Sequence record: SRR31156797_6845
Length of the DNA stretch: 64,000 nt
Direction: 5' to 3' (one strand)
The translations under genes and the position numbers were made by a program. The notes under the pieces are model-generated. The model saw nothing but the letters and a program-made list of their open reading frames with translations, had not been told where the DNA came from and did no database searches. Positions within the stretch are counted from its first letter, which is position 1, and each line of letters starts with the position of its first letter. Positions 54,458-64,000 of this stretch are shown piece by piece.

Positions 54458-54486
54458 TTGACGCCTCCCCTAAAAGTCGATATACT
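54458..54486 (+). promoter_or_regulatory. Putative sigma70 promoter of metal ABC genes
   Basis: TTGACG-17 nt-TATACT. Confidence 0.7.
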
Positions 54487-54607
54487 ACCTCGTTTTATTT
54501 AAAATACCAATCAATTACCCTCATTATTGCCTGCAAATAACTGGTATTTGTATCAACGGCACGGCTTCGGCAACACCTGATTAATTTTTTTAAATTATCC
54601 TTGAATT

Positions 54608-55375
54608 ATGAGTAATCAACTAGCAGACATTGCCGTTGAAATCCGCGATCTTTCGTATCGTTACAACCAGCTGCCGGTGTTAACTGATGTCAATCTTGAC
54701 ATTAAAGCAGAAGATACGCTTTGTATTGTCGGGCCCAATGGTGGTGGAAAAACGACACTGGTTAAGCTTATCATCGGGCTCCTGAAGCCTAACACCGGCA
54801 CGATCAAAATTTTTGGAAAGCCACCCCATGATGCCGCGCTTGAATTTGGTTACGTACCGCAACACGCCTACTACGATCCTCATTTTCCTGTGACGGTTAA
54901 AGAGGTTGTCAGCATGGGCAGGATTGGTCATTTACAAAACGGTCGTTTCTCCAGACAAGATAAGGAAAAAACAATGGCAGCCCTCTTGGATGTGAATCTT
55001 GAGGAAAAAGCAAGTCGTCCTTTTTCTGCACTCTCCGGCGGACAGCGGCAAAGGGTCTTGATCGCTCGTGCACTTGCCTCAGAAGGTCGAATACTCATTT
55101 TAGATGAGCCTACTGCAAACATTGATCATGAATCTGAAGGAAATTTTTACGATCTTTTAAGTAAGATCAAACACAGGATGAGCATCCTCATGGTCACCCA
55201 TGAAGTTGGATTTGCATCGACCTTTTTTGAACGTATCGCGTGCGTGAATAATTTTGTAATAATTCACCCAACCAGTCAATTGACAGGGGAGTTAATCCAG
55301 AACATGTATGGTGGAGACCTGCAAATGATCAGACATGACCATGTCTGCAGCCATGAGGGCCATTCCATTGGTTGA
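54608..55375 (+). CDS. Zn/Mn-type metal ABC transporter ATP-binding protein (ZnuC-like)
   Basis: GPNGGGKTT, GYVPQ, LSGGQRQR, DEPT, His-rich tail HDHVCSHEGH. Confidence 0.88.
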   Translation: MSNQLADIAVEIRDLSYRYNQLPVLTDVNLDIKAEDTLCIVGPNGGGKTTLVKLIIGLLKPNTGTIKIFGKPPHDAALEFGYVPQHAYYDPHFPVTVKEVVSMGRIGHLQNGRFSRQDKEKTMAALLDVNLEEKASRPFSALSGGQRQRVLIARALASEGRILILDEPTANIDHESEGNFYDLLSKIKHRMSILMVTHEVGFASTFFERIACVNNFVIIHPTSQLTGELIQNMYGGDLQMIRHDHVCSHEGHSIG

Positions 55376-56219
55376 TTTCCTTGCCTTATTGCTCAATCCT
55401 GATATCCCTTTTTTACGATATGCGATCATCACTGGGCTTCTTGCCTCAATCCCCTTCGGCATCATAGGTACTTATGTCGTTATTCGCCGCATCAGCTATA
55501 TTGCCGGAGCCGTATCCCATTGTGTGCTCGGCGGTATTGGTGCGGGCCTTTACGGCCAGCAGGTTTTGGGAATCTCCTGGTTGACACCGCAACTTGGTGC
55601 CGCCGCAGTAGCTTTGTTTTCAGCTATTGTCCTTGCTTTGGTCAGCATGTATGCTCAGCAACGTGAAGACAGTGTTATTGGTGCTCTGTGGGCATCAGGA
55701 ATGGCCATTGGACTATTATTTATAGCCAAAACACCTGGCTACATAGACCCCATGAGCTATCTATTCGGCAATATTTTACTGATCACAACAAATGACATTT
55801 ACTATGTACTCTTGCTTGACATCTTAGTCATTAGTGTTGCAGTCTATTATTATAATTCTTTCCTCGCTTTGTGCTTTGACGAAGAATTTGCTCGGTTACG
55901 CGGCATAAAAACCCACTGGCTGTACATGCTGCTGCTCTGCCTTACCGCACTTACAATTGTTCTTTTAGTACGCATCGTTGGCATTGTCATGGTAATTGCC
56001 CTGCTAACTCTTCCCGCAGCTATCGCCGGAAACTTTGCTCGAAATATCATACAGATGATGACAATCGCCACTTTTTTCTGCGGCCTGTTCATTGTTTCAG
56101 GACTTGCACTCAGCTATGAATTGGATATCCCCAGCGGGCCTACCATTATTTTGCTTGCCGCAGGCACTTACCTTATCACCGTTATTGGCTTTCGTGTGGT
56201 GAACTTGGCGCGCAGATAA
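55335..56219 (+). CDS. Zn/Mn-type metal ABC transporter permease (ZnuB-like)
   Basis: AVSHCVLGG, YLFGNIL, FDEEFA..RG, PSGPTI; true start may be slightly downstream. Confidence 0.88.
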   Translation: MTMSAAMRAIPLVDFLALLLNPDIPFLRYAIITGLLASIPFGIIGTYVVIRRISYIAGAVSHCVLGGIGAGLYGQQVLGISWLTPQLGAAAVALFSAIVLALVSMYAQQREDSVIGALWASGMAIGLLFIAKTPGYIDPMSYLFGNILLITTNDIYYVLLLDILVISVAVYYYNSFLALCFDEEFARLRGIKTHWLYMLLLCLTALTIVLLVRIVGIVMVIALLTLPAAIAGNFARNIIQMMTIATFFCGLFIVSGLALSYELDIPSGPTIILLAAGTYLITVIGFRVVNLARR

Positions 56220-56559
56220 AACCTCACAACACTTGGAAAAGTGTTGCATCTTACCAATCCCTCAAGTAATCTTTTCCTTTATTTACAGATATTTCCGTGA
56301 ATTTAATAGTAGAATAACTTCTATCTCCTTCAGCATTTATCCTCGAACGGGTTACAAAGATAGAGGGGCTTTCATTGACGGACATTTTGAATAAATAGGT
56401 TTTTCATTCAAGGTTGAGGCATGAGCGTAACATTACCGCAGGCATACAATCAAAATCAGTGTTTTCGCTTACCCCTGAGAATTCTTTTCTTCGCACAATA
56501 AAAAAATCGGGAAAATAACAATTATGCAAGGCAGCCTAAAATCACTTCTCTGGTGTTAG

Positions 56560-57675
56560 GTGAAGAATACTCCCAGATATACATGCGATATTGATTCATC
56601 AGGAGCATCGGTGCTCACTCTTATCGGTGAATGGACCATGGATCACAGCCTGCCTGACGAATCCCTTCTGCTTGACCATCTTAAAAATGATGTGATAAAA
56701 ATATCTTTCAATTCGCAAGGCATTGAACAGTGGGACAGCCTACTCCTCGTTTTTTTGATACGCCTTAAGAAACTCTGCCTTTCCCGTCATATAGTTTTAG
56801 ACCTTGACCAACTACCTGGAGGCGCCCGTAAATTACTGCTTTTAGCAGCCAAAGTTCCGAGGCATGAAGATCCGCAGCAGCCCAAATCGCCTTCCTTTGT
56901 CACCCGTACAGGCGAAATACTCATTAAAGTGTTTAATAAAGGAGGCGAATTATCCAAATTTACAGGAGAAATCATCATTGAATGCACCCTGCTTTTCAAG
57001 GGCAGGGTGCCGTTTAAGATGCGAGATTTCTTTTATTTTGTTCAAAATGCAGGTGCCGAAGCACTCCCCATTGTTACTCTTATTTCCGTTCTCGTCGGAA
57101 TCATTCTGGCTTTTGTTGGAGCGGTCCAACTTAAGATGTTCGGCGCCCAAATTTATGTTGCCAACTTAGTCGGCCTTGCCATGGTCCTCGAGATGGGCGC
57201 AATGATGAGCGGTATAATCCTGGCAGGTAGAACAGGTGCTGCCTATGCTGCTCAACTTGGAACCATGCAGGTCAATGAAGAAATCGATGCTCTTCAGACC
57301 CTTGGCATCTCCCCAATTGGTTTTCTTGTATTACCGCGCATGTTGGCTCTTATGCTCATGATGCCGTTACTCTGCATCTATGCTGACATTCTGGGTATAC
57401 TTGGAGGTTCATTTATCGGCATCTTTATGTTAGATCTTTCCTTTGCTGAGTATTTTCTCCATACCCAAAAAGCCATTAAACTCGACCAATGTATGCAGGG
57501 CCTTATTAAAAGCTGTGTCTACGGCGTTCTTGTCGGATATGCAGGCTGCCTCCGCGGTCTGCAGTGCGGAAGGAGCGCCTCAGCTGTAGGTGAAGCAACC
57601 ACCTCTGCAGTTGTTACAGCTATAGTGCTTATCATCGTGTCAGATGCCATTATGACCTTTCTTTTCAATTTGTAA
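56560..57675 (+). CDS. MlaE-family permease with N-terminal STAS-like domain
   Basis: QL..FGA, AGRTGAAYAAQLGTMQVNEEIDAL, VGEATTSAVV. Confidence 0.9.
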   Translation: MKNTPRYTCDIDSSGASVLTLIGEWTMDHSLPDESLLLDHLKNDVIKISFNSQGIEQWDSLLLVFLIRLKKLCLSRHIVLDLDQLPGGARKLLLLAAKVPRHEDPQQPKSPSFVTRTGEILIKVFNKGGELSKFTGEIIIECTLLFKGRVPFKMRDFFYFVQNAGAEALPIVTLISVLVGIILAFVGAVQLKMFGAQIYVANLVGLAMVLEMGAMMSGIILAGRTGAAYAAQLGTMQVNEEIDALQTLGISPIGFLVLPRMLALMLMMPLLCIYADILGILGGSFIGIFMLDLSFAEYFLHTQKAIKLDQCMQGLIKSCVYGVLVGYAGCLRGLQCGRSASAVGEATTSAVVTAIVLIIVSDAIMTFLFNL

Positions 57676-57695
57676 GGCAACGGGTAATTTTCTGT

Positions 57696-58463
57696 ATGGA
57701 ACCCGTTATAACCGTTGAAAATCTGACCATGGCCTATGGTGATTTTGTTATACAGCAGGACCTTCATTTTACAATCAACAAGAGCGATATTTTCGTTATA
57801 ATGGGAGGAAGCGGCTGTGGGAAGTCGACCCTACTGCGCCACATGATTGGCTTAAAGCGTCCTGTAGCAGGCAAAATATTATACGGTAATATTGACTTCT
57901 GGCAAATCAGAGAAGAAGATCGCACAAAGATACGAGAAGACACAGGAATATTGTATCAATCCGGGGCTCTCTGGAGCTCTATGACCTTGGAAGAGAATAT
58001 TGCCCTGCCCCTTCAGCAATACAGTGACCTGTCCAAGTCCATGATAAAAGAAGTAATCGAATACAAACTTTCTCTGGTTGGACTAGCCGGGTTTGAATCC
58101 TACTATCCTGCTGCCTTGTCAGGTGGAATGCGAAAACGTGCTGCCCTCGCAAGGGCGATAGCCCTGGACCCCAAGTACTTGTTTTTTGATGAACCCTCGG
58201 CAGGGCTTGACCCAATCAGTGCCAAAAACCTGGATGAACTTATTGTTGAAATTCGCGACAGCCTCAATGCTACCGTTATCATAGTTAGCCATGAACTTGC
58301 ATCCATTTTCGATATTGCCACTAACTCTGTTTTTCTCGATACAGAAACTCGAACAATGCTGACGACCGGTCACCCCAGTATTCTTTTACATGAGAGTGAA
58401 GACCGGAAAGTCATCAATTTTCTTACCCGTGGAACCGGAAGAAAAGGAGTTAAGAGACGTTGA
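57696..58463 (+). CDS. MlaF-family ABC ATPase
   Basis: GGSGCGKST, LSGGMRKRAALARA, DEPSAGLDP. Confidence 0.9.
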   Translation: MEPVITVENLTMAYGDFVIQQDLHFTINKSDIFVIMGGSGCGKSTLLRHMIGLKRPVAGKILYGNIDFWQIREEDRTKIREDTGILYQSGALWSSMTLEENIALPLQQYSDLSKSMIKEVIEYKLSLVGLAGFESYYPAALSGGMRKRAALARAIALDPKYLFFDEPSAGLDPISAKNLDELIVEIRDSLNATVIIVSHELASIFDIATNSVFLDTETRTMLTTGHPSILLHESEDRKVINFLTRGTGRKGVKRR

Positions 58464-59467
58464 GCAAAAAAGCTAACCCAACTGTGATCGGTACTTTTGT
58501 GATTGTGGCTATTGGTCTTGCACTGGCAACAATCATCATGCTTGGTAACATTAATTTCAACGATAAGGCATTCCACTGTGTGCTCTATTTTTCTGGTTCT
58601 CTCCACGGACTTGACCAAGGCGCACCCGTTACCTTTAGAGGTGTTCAAATTGGAAAGGTGAAGGGAATTCGTTTAACCTTTGACAACAGGCTCAACGACT
58701 ATACCATTCCCATATACATAGAAATTACTGAAAACCATGACGGCAATGAGCCGTCTTGGGATGTTGCCACCAACAGGGAAACCGCTAGGCAGTTAATTGC
58801 AAATGGATTGCGAGCTAAATTGAAAATGCGAAGTATTGTTACCGGAAAACTTTATATAGACCTCGCTTTTTACCCTGAAACTCCAATCCACTTGCAAAAC
58901 AAGGCTGCAGATTCAGCATACCTTGAAATCCCAACTCTTCCTTCCGGTCTTGAACAGATCACGCAAACTATATCAAACCTGCCTCTCACTGAATTGGTTG
59001 ACAAAGTTACACTCGTCCTTGATGGACTGGATCATCTCCTCAATTCTAATCAAAGTAAACAAGGCATTAAAGACCTCTACTCATCCTTGGGAAACATTAA
59101 CGACATTACGGCTGAAGCACATTCGGAAATTCCCCTAATAATGACAAAGATTAGAGATGGGATTTCTGCATTCACACAACTGTCAAACGCAGGGACTTCT
59201 CTTTTTTCTACTACGGAAACATCTATGGGGCCTATCCTTGTTAACTTCGGACAAACGCTTACCGAAATTAACAAGGCAATAGAGATCCTGACCCTCGCCA
59301 TAGGCGATGTTCAGGGGCTGGTTGACGAAGACTCTAATTTTTCCTATGATTTATCCAGAGTTGCGCAGCAGGTAGAAGCAGCTGCGCAATCCATACAAAT
59401 GCTTGCAAAAGACCTTCAGCGTTATCCTAACTCCTTAATATTTGGAAAGCCGGAGACCACTCCATGA
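58460..59467 (+). CDS. MlaD/MCE-domain protein
   Basis: N-terminal TM, GL..GAPV.FRGV.IGKV, GLRAKL, long helical tail ending PNSLIFGK. Confidence 0.9.
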   Translation: MSKKANPTVIGTFVIVAIGLALATIIMLGNINFNDKAFHCVLYFSGSLHGLDQGAPVTFRGVQIGKVKGIRLTFDNRLNDYTIPIYIEITENHDGNEPSWDVATNRETARQLIANGLRAKLKMRSIVTGKLYIDLAFYPETPIHLQNKAADSAYLEIPTLPSGLEQITQTISNLPLTELVDKVTLVLDGLDHLLNSNQSKQGIKDLYSSLGNINDITAEAHSEIPLIMTKIRDGISAFTQLSNAGTSLFSTTETSMGPILVNFGQTLTEINKAIEILTLAIGDVQGLVDEDSNFSYDLSRVAQQVEAAAQSIQMLAKDLQRYPNSLIFGKPETTP

Positions 59468-60093
59468 AAATGTGCCAGAGTCGGTCGCATCTGTGTCTCC
59501 CTCTCATAGTTGCCTTGCTGATATGCGGATGTTCCAGCCAATTACAAAACACTCGTTTTTATTCGCTCTCCCCTGTTCCACAAAAAAGTACCCTGACAAC
59601 AAACAAACCATTTAATGCCATGACGATGGTAATGCCAGTTCGTCTAGCTCCTCAACTTAACCAAACGGGTATGTATGTCCGAATTACCCAGGAACGAACC
59701 CATATTTCTGCGCACCACCTCTGGAGTGCTCCACTTGAAAAACAGATTACGGTAACACTGAACGAAAACCTTTCACGCCAACTCCATACAGCAAATTTTG
59801 CCATATACCCTGGCCCACGTTATGGTCAATTTGTTTATTCCGTTGAAGTCGAGATTCAGGAATTTTCTGCATTTGAAGATAAATTTACCATTCAAGCGAC
59901 CTGGACAATCAACAACCTTGCTCAGAAAAGGATTGTCAAACGGGCCATTTTTTCTAAAATGCTTGATTGTCCCCAAAAGGGATATGATGGCTATGTACAA
60001 TCCGCCTCTGATGCTGTAAGTCAGCTGAGTCTAGAAATAGCAGACGCACTCCGATCAATTGACAACTTAACACTTCAGGAAAAAGTTCAATGA
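59464..60093 (+). CDS. PqiC-like ABC auxiliary lipoprotein
   Basis: Lipobox-like CGC, RFYSL, WSAPL; position after MCE gene. Confidence 0.78.
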   Translation: MKMCQSRSHLCLPLIVALLICGCSSQLQNTRFYSLSPVPQKSTLTTNKPFNAMTMVMPVRLAPQLNQTGMYVRITQERTHISAHHLWSAPLEKQITVTLNENLSRQLHTANFAIYPGPRYGQFVYSVEVEIQEFSAFEDKFTIQATWTINNLAQKRIVKRAIFSKMLDCPQKGYDGYVQSASDAVSQLSLEIADALRSIDNLTLQEKVQ

Positions 60094-60581
60094 AACACAT
60101 CGTCCCTCTTTTTGCGTGCACACTCACCACCTTGCTCCTGGCTTCATCTAGCATTGCTGCTTCTGCAAACAGCCTCAATCTCTGGCTGGAACAGACGGTA
60201 TACGTTCCACTCTATTCACATATCTATGCTGATGAACGATTCAAAAACAAACCATTCCTCCTTACCGCTACCCTGTCCATCCGTAATACTGACCCAGACC
60301 ATCAACTCACTCTGCGCAGTGTTGATTATTACGACTCAACTGGAAAATTACTGAATAACTATCTCAACAAGCCACTTAAAATAGGGCCGCTTGGCTCCAC
60401 CAGATATATTGTTGAAGAATCTGAGTCAAAAGGTGGGTCAGGTGCCAAATTTTTGGTTACTTGGGATGCTTCAACCGCAATAACCGAGCCTATAATAGAA
60501 TCGATTATGATAGGCACCAAGATGCAGCAGGGTATTTCTTTTATTTCCCGGGGAAGAGTCATTAAAGGTCAAACCAGGTAA
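60090..60581 (+). CDS. DUF3124 exported protein
   Basis: QTVYVPLYSHIY, LTATLSIRNTD, GGSGAKFLV.W, QGISFIS. Confidence 0.85.
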   Translation: MKHIVPLFACTLTTLLLASSSIAASANSLNLWLEQTVYVPLYSHIYADERFKNKPFLLTATLSIRNTDPDHQLTLRSVDYYDSTGKLLNNYLNKPLKIGPLGSTRYIVEESESKGGSGAKFLVTWDASTAITEPIIESIMIGTKMQQGISFISRGRVIKGQTR

Positions 60582-60591
60582 CAAAAAACTT

Positions 60592-61395
60592 ATGAAAAAA
60601 AATATCCTTCTCATACTGTTGGCCGCGTGTTTATTCCACCTTTCAGGCTGCGGCCAAAAGGCAACAAACAACAGCTCCTCATCAAAAGCTGCAACCCCAA
60701 TTTTAAAGGTTGGCATATCAACCAATTATCCGCCAATGGCCTTTCGTAGTAAAGGTGCCATCACCGGACTTGAAGCCGATCTTGCCAAAGGACTCGCAGA
60801 GTTTTCAGGGAAACAACTTAAATTTATTCCTCTTAAGTGGAAGGATCAAATCCCAAGCCTGCTTGCTGGAAAAATTGACATCATTATGTCGGCCATGACC
60901 ATAACTTCTGCACGCCAGTATCGTGTTGCCTTCTGTAAACCATACATGGCTACCGGCCAGATAGCTCTTGTACGCAGCAGCGAGGAAAACAAGTTCAGCA
61001 ATGGGCTTCCTTCACTTCTCAATCAGACCGTACGAGTGGGCACTGTCCGGGGAACTACAGGAGATTTACTGATAGAAAAGAGTAAAGCCAAGGGGAAACG
61101 AAAACAGTTTCTCTCTTCAAAAAAAGCCGTTCAATCACTTCTCAACAACGATATTGAAGCCTTTGTCTATGACCTTCCAGGCAACCTCTACTATGGATCC
61201 TTTTATGCCGACAAAGGCCTTGTTCCTATTATGCAGCCAATGACCCGTGAACAAATTGCCTGGGCAGTGAGGAAGGAAGACAACCTGTTACTGGAAACTG
61301 CAAACAACTACCTTGCTGCCAGCCAGCAAAATGGTTCTCTTCAAAAATTGATTGTGCACTGGGTTCCTTTTTACAAAACTCTCTATAACCAATGA
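60592..61395 (+). CDS. Family-3 solute-binding lipoprotein
   Basis: LSGC lipobox, NYPPMAF, KIDIIMSAMTIT..R. Confidence 0.88.
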   Translation: MKKNILLILLAACLFHLSGCGQKATNNSSSSKAATPILKVGISTNYPPMAFRSKGAITGLEADLAKGLAEFSGKQLKFIPLKWKDQIPSLLAGKIDIIMSAMTITSARQYRVAFCKPYMATGQIALVRSSEENKFSNGLPSLLNQTVRVGTVRGTTGDLLIEKSKAKGKRKQFLSSKKAVQSLLNNDIEAFVYDLPGNLYYGSFYADKGLVPIMQPMTREQIAWAVRKEDNLLLETANNYLAASQQNGSLQKLIVHWVPFYKTLYNQ

Positions 61396-61465
61396 CGGCT
61401 TAAAGTATCATCAGGCTGATCACCATCCTATTTGATTCCAACACTTTTTTTCAGGTTCAGAAGCT

Positions 61466-63034
61466 ATGAAAACCATACGTAAAGTTCTGCCGTTTACAAT
61501 ACCCATTATAGGGTTCATTATATTTTTTATTGGGATTAACATGTTCCAATATTACAGAGTTAAACAAACCATAAAAAGCGGCATCATTCAGACCACAGGC
61601 GAATCAGAACTTGCAGAAATCCAATCATTTTTTTCAGGGGTAACCAGCAAACTAAATATCGTCAGGGACTGGGGGAAAAACGGGGTACTCGACACCAGCG
61701 ACTCTATAGATCTCAACAAAAAGTTCATGCCACTGGTGGAACACCAGGATCACATCAGCGGCCTCATCCTGGCCAACGACCAGGGAGAAGAATACTTTCT
61801 CATCAACCAAAGCCCGCACCTGACAACACGGACGACCAAGCTGCTCAATGGGAAGGCAGAGATGAATTTTGTAGAATGGGCATCCCCAGAAAAAGCGCTC
61901 CGCAAATGGCAGGAGACTGCAGCCTATGATCCGCGTAATCGTCCTTGGTTTCGCCAAGACCCAACCGAGTCAGATATTTTCCTCTCAGATATCTACACAT
62001 TTCATCATACCCAGAAAAAAGGATTTACCGCTTCTGTAGCTTGGACGAACAAGGAAAAGAAAGCACAACAGCACGTTTTTGCCATAGACATACTTTTTGA
62101 CGAAATTGAACTCCTTTTAAAGACCATTAATAAAAAGAAATCTTCGTTACTTTTTCTTGCCAATTCCAAGAATAACTATTTTATCACCGAACAACCTGAG
62201 ATAGCAGATCGTTACGATCCTGACCATCTTGCAGGGGCCAGAACAGTACTGCCTGAAGTCATTGAGATATGGAAAGGTGAGGGAGCACCTGTCTCAAGCC
62301 CTCTGGAACTGCGCATTAATAACCAGCAGTGGATCGCCTCTTTTCAACCCCTTTTCCCTGAACAAGCGTTTTTGTGGATAGGGGTAATATCAAATGATAA
62401 AGCCCTGCTAGGATCCCTGGAAAAATCGCTTTTCACAATCGACATCTTTGATGTCGGCATTGCTTTCACTGCTGCCTTGCTGCTCTTTTTTGTAATATGG
62501 AAAACAGGTCTATTCCGTCTTGATCCGCCACATGTCCCAACATCAAAGGAAAGATTTAGTCAATATCTAGCTGCGGGTGAAGGTGCAGCAATCGAATTTA
62601 AATCAACCATCCGGACAAACCTGAAAACTAATAAACAAGGGAAGGAGATTGAATTTGCCTGGCTCAAGGCATTAACAGCCTTTCTCAATTGCCAGGGGGG
62701 AGCCTTACTTCTAGGAGTGAATGACAACGGTGAACTACTGGGTTTGGACGCAGATATTTTTGAAAATGATGATAAAATCCTGCTTCATATAAAGAATCTT
62801 ATAAACCATCACATCGGTGCTGAATTTTCGTCATACATCTCATTTTCATTGCTGAATATGAACCAGGGAAAGGCAATGATGATTGAGACCCTTCCAGCAG
62901 CCAACCCTGTCTTTTTAAAAATTGGTAAAAACGAAGAATTTTATATCAGATCAGGCCCTTCTTCTATAAAACTGACACCAAGCCAAACGGTTAGCTTTGT
63001 GCTCCAGCATCAGGAGCAGAAGCAGCCAAATTAA
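61466..63034 (+). CDS. Membrane protein: dCache-like periplasmic domain plus C-terminal AlbA_2/Schlafen domain
   Basis: Two TMs flanking YDPRNRPWF; C-terminal GE...IEFKST, AFLN..GG.LLLGVND.G, FYIRSGPSS..L. Confidence 0.8.
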   Translation: MKTIRKVLPFTIPIIGFIIFFIGINMFQYYRVKQTIKSGIIQTTGESELAEIQSFFSGVTSKLNIVRDWGKNGVLDTSDSIDLNKKFMPLVEHQDHISGLILANDQGEEYFLINQSPHLTTRTTKLLNGKAEMNFVEWASPEKALRKWQETAAYDPRNRPWFRQDPTESDIFLSDIYTFHHTQKKGFTASVAWTNKEKKAQQHVFAIDILFDEIELLLKTINKKKSSLLFLANSKNNYFITEQPEIADRYDPDHLAGARTVLPEVIEIWKGEGAPVSSPLELRINNQQWIASFQPLFPEQAFLWIGVISNDKALLGSLEKSLFTIDIFDVGIAFTAALLLFFVIWKTGLFRLDPPHVPTSKERFSQYLAAGEGAAIEFKSTIRTNLKTNKQGKEIEFAWLKALTAFLNCQGGALLLGVNDNGELLGLDADIFENDDKILLHIKNLINHHIGAEFSSYISFSLLNMNQGKAMMIETLPAANPVFLKIGKNEEFYIRSGPSSIKLTPSQTVSFVLQHQEQKQPN

Positions 63035-63062
63035 CGTGTTTTTTCAGACTACTTAACGGGGC

Positions 63063-64000
63063 CTATGATAAGGAAGTATGCTTTTTCAAATCTAAATCAA
63101 CAAATTTTTTATAAACAGAATCTCCGGCCATCAGTTCTTTGTGGGTGCCTTGTGCAACAATAATTCCTTTATCGATAACGATAATACGATCTACCCTCCT
63201 GATGGTTGAAAGGCGATGAGCTATTATTAAAGAAGTACGCCCTTTAAACGATACCTCAACCGCATGTTCAAGCATCTTTTCCGATTCCACATCGATAGAC
63301 GATGTTGCCTCATCCAAGACCAGGATAGCTGGATCACGATACAGAGCACGCACAAAAGAAAGCAACTGTTTCTCCCCGACTGACAAATCCTTCACATCCT
63401 CACCGATAATCGTATTTAACCCTTTGGGCAATTTATCGATAAATGACTGGAGTCCTGTCTGGTTAAGGATGGTCGACAATTTATCTTGATCAAGGGGGCG
63501 GTCGAGGATGATATTGGCAAGAACCGTATCCGGAAAAATAAAAATATCCTGCATAATAATGCCAATATAGTTCCGTAACTCCTTTAACGAAAAATCGCGC
63601 AGATCGATTTGTTGAATTTTGATTAACCCTTGATCCGGGTCGTAAAACCTTGCCAGTAAATGAATCATGGTGGATTTTCCAGATCCAGTGGACCCAACCA
63701 GGGCAACGGATTCTCCGGTCTTGATTCTCAGGTCGATCCCCGTGAGAACCGGCACTTCTTTGTTGTAACCGAACCATATTCCATCAAAGCAAATATCACC
63801 TTGTGCCGGTGCTTTCCGAGGAACGATATTTGGGTCTCCATCCTTTAACCGTGGACAGGTATCAAGCAGTTGAAAAATTCGTTCGGCTGAAGCCATTGCA
63901 GACTGAACAATTGAATATTTCTGAGAGAGTTCACGCAATGGTTGAAAAAAAAGCCGCATATAAGAAAGAAAGGCAACAAGCTCACCAAGGGTCAACTGGC
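63063..64000 (-). CDS. ABC exporter ATP-binding/permease protein (MsbA/MdlB-like), 5' part outside window
   Basis: GSTGSGKST, LSVGEKQL, LDEATSS, IAHRLSTI. Confidence 0.9.
   Translation of the reverse strand, partial: QLTLGELVAFLSYMRLFFQPLRELSQKYSIVQSAMASAERIFQLLDTCPRLKDGDPNIVPRKAPAQGDICFDGIWFGYNKEVPVLTGIDLRIKTGESVALVGSTGSGKSTMIHLLARFYDPDQGLIKIQQIDLRDFSLKELRNYIGIIMQDIFIFPDTVLANIILDRPLDQDKLSTILNQTGLQSFIDKLPKGLNTIIGEDVKDLSVGEKQLLSFVRALYRDPAILVLDEATSSIDVESEKMLEHAVEVSFKGRTSLIIAHRLSTIRRVDRIIVIDKGIIVAQGTHKELMAGDSVYKKFVDLDLKKHTSLS

Noticed and set aside
56220-56559. Long intergenic region before the MlaE gene as a riboswitch
   Set aside because: No recognisable aptamer consensus by eye; would need an Rfam scan

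Overview
Bacterial chromosomal window whose gene content and protein style suggest a sulfate-reducing Desulfobacterota member (Desulfobulbales-like; inference). Most of it is housekeeping: partial tRNA-Pro, HU, LarE-family protein, pheA, ABC-F, an amino-acid ABC/oxidase/aminotransferase operon, moaA, tsaD, rsmA, ssb, RNase G/E, an LPS/envelope cluster, nnr, nadD-proA-proB-obg-rpmA-rplU, a rubredoxin missed by the ORF track, ZnuCB-like genes and an Mla/MCE system. The best candidate for an undescribed system is a ~12 kb accessory block (15.4-27.6 kb). It encodes an exported PHP-like DUF3604 metalloprotein, a PPIase-like chaperone, three HupE/UreJ proteins, a SYLF protein, outer-membrane barrels (one decayed to a remnant) and a glycine-zipper protein. 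A divergent LOV-like PAS-PAS-LuxR regulator with a nested inverted-repeat operator sits beside it. Other notable loci: a membrane dCache sensor fused to a Schlafen/AlbA_2 domain; a GT2 + spore-photoproduct-lyase-like radical SAM + ssb cluster; an EndoQ-UvrD fusion coupled to a sensorless hybrid kinase and a diguanylate cyclase; and LptF with a C-terminal Cys-rich metal-binding-like domain. All family calls are by motif recognition, not database search.
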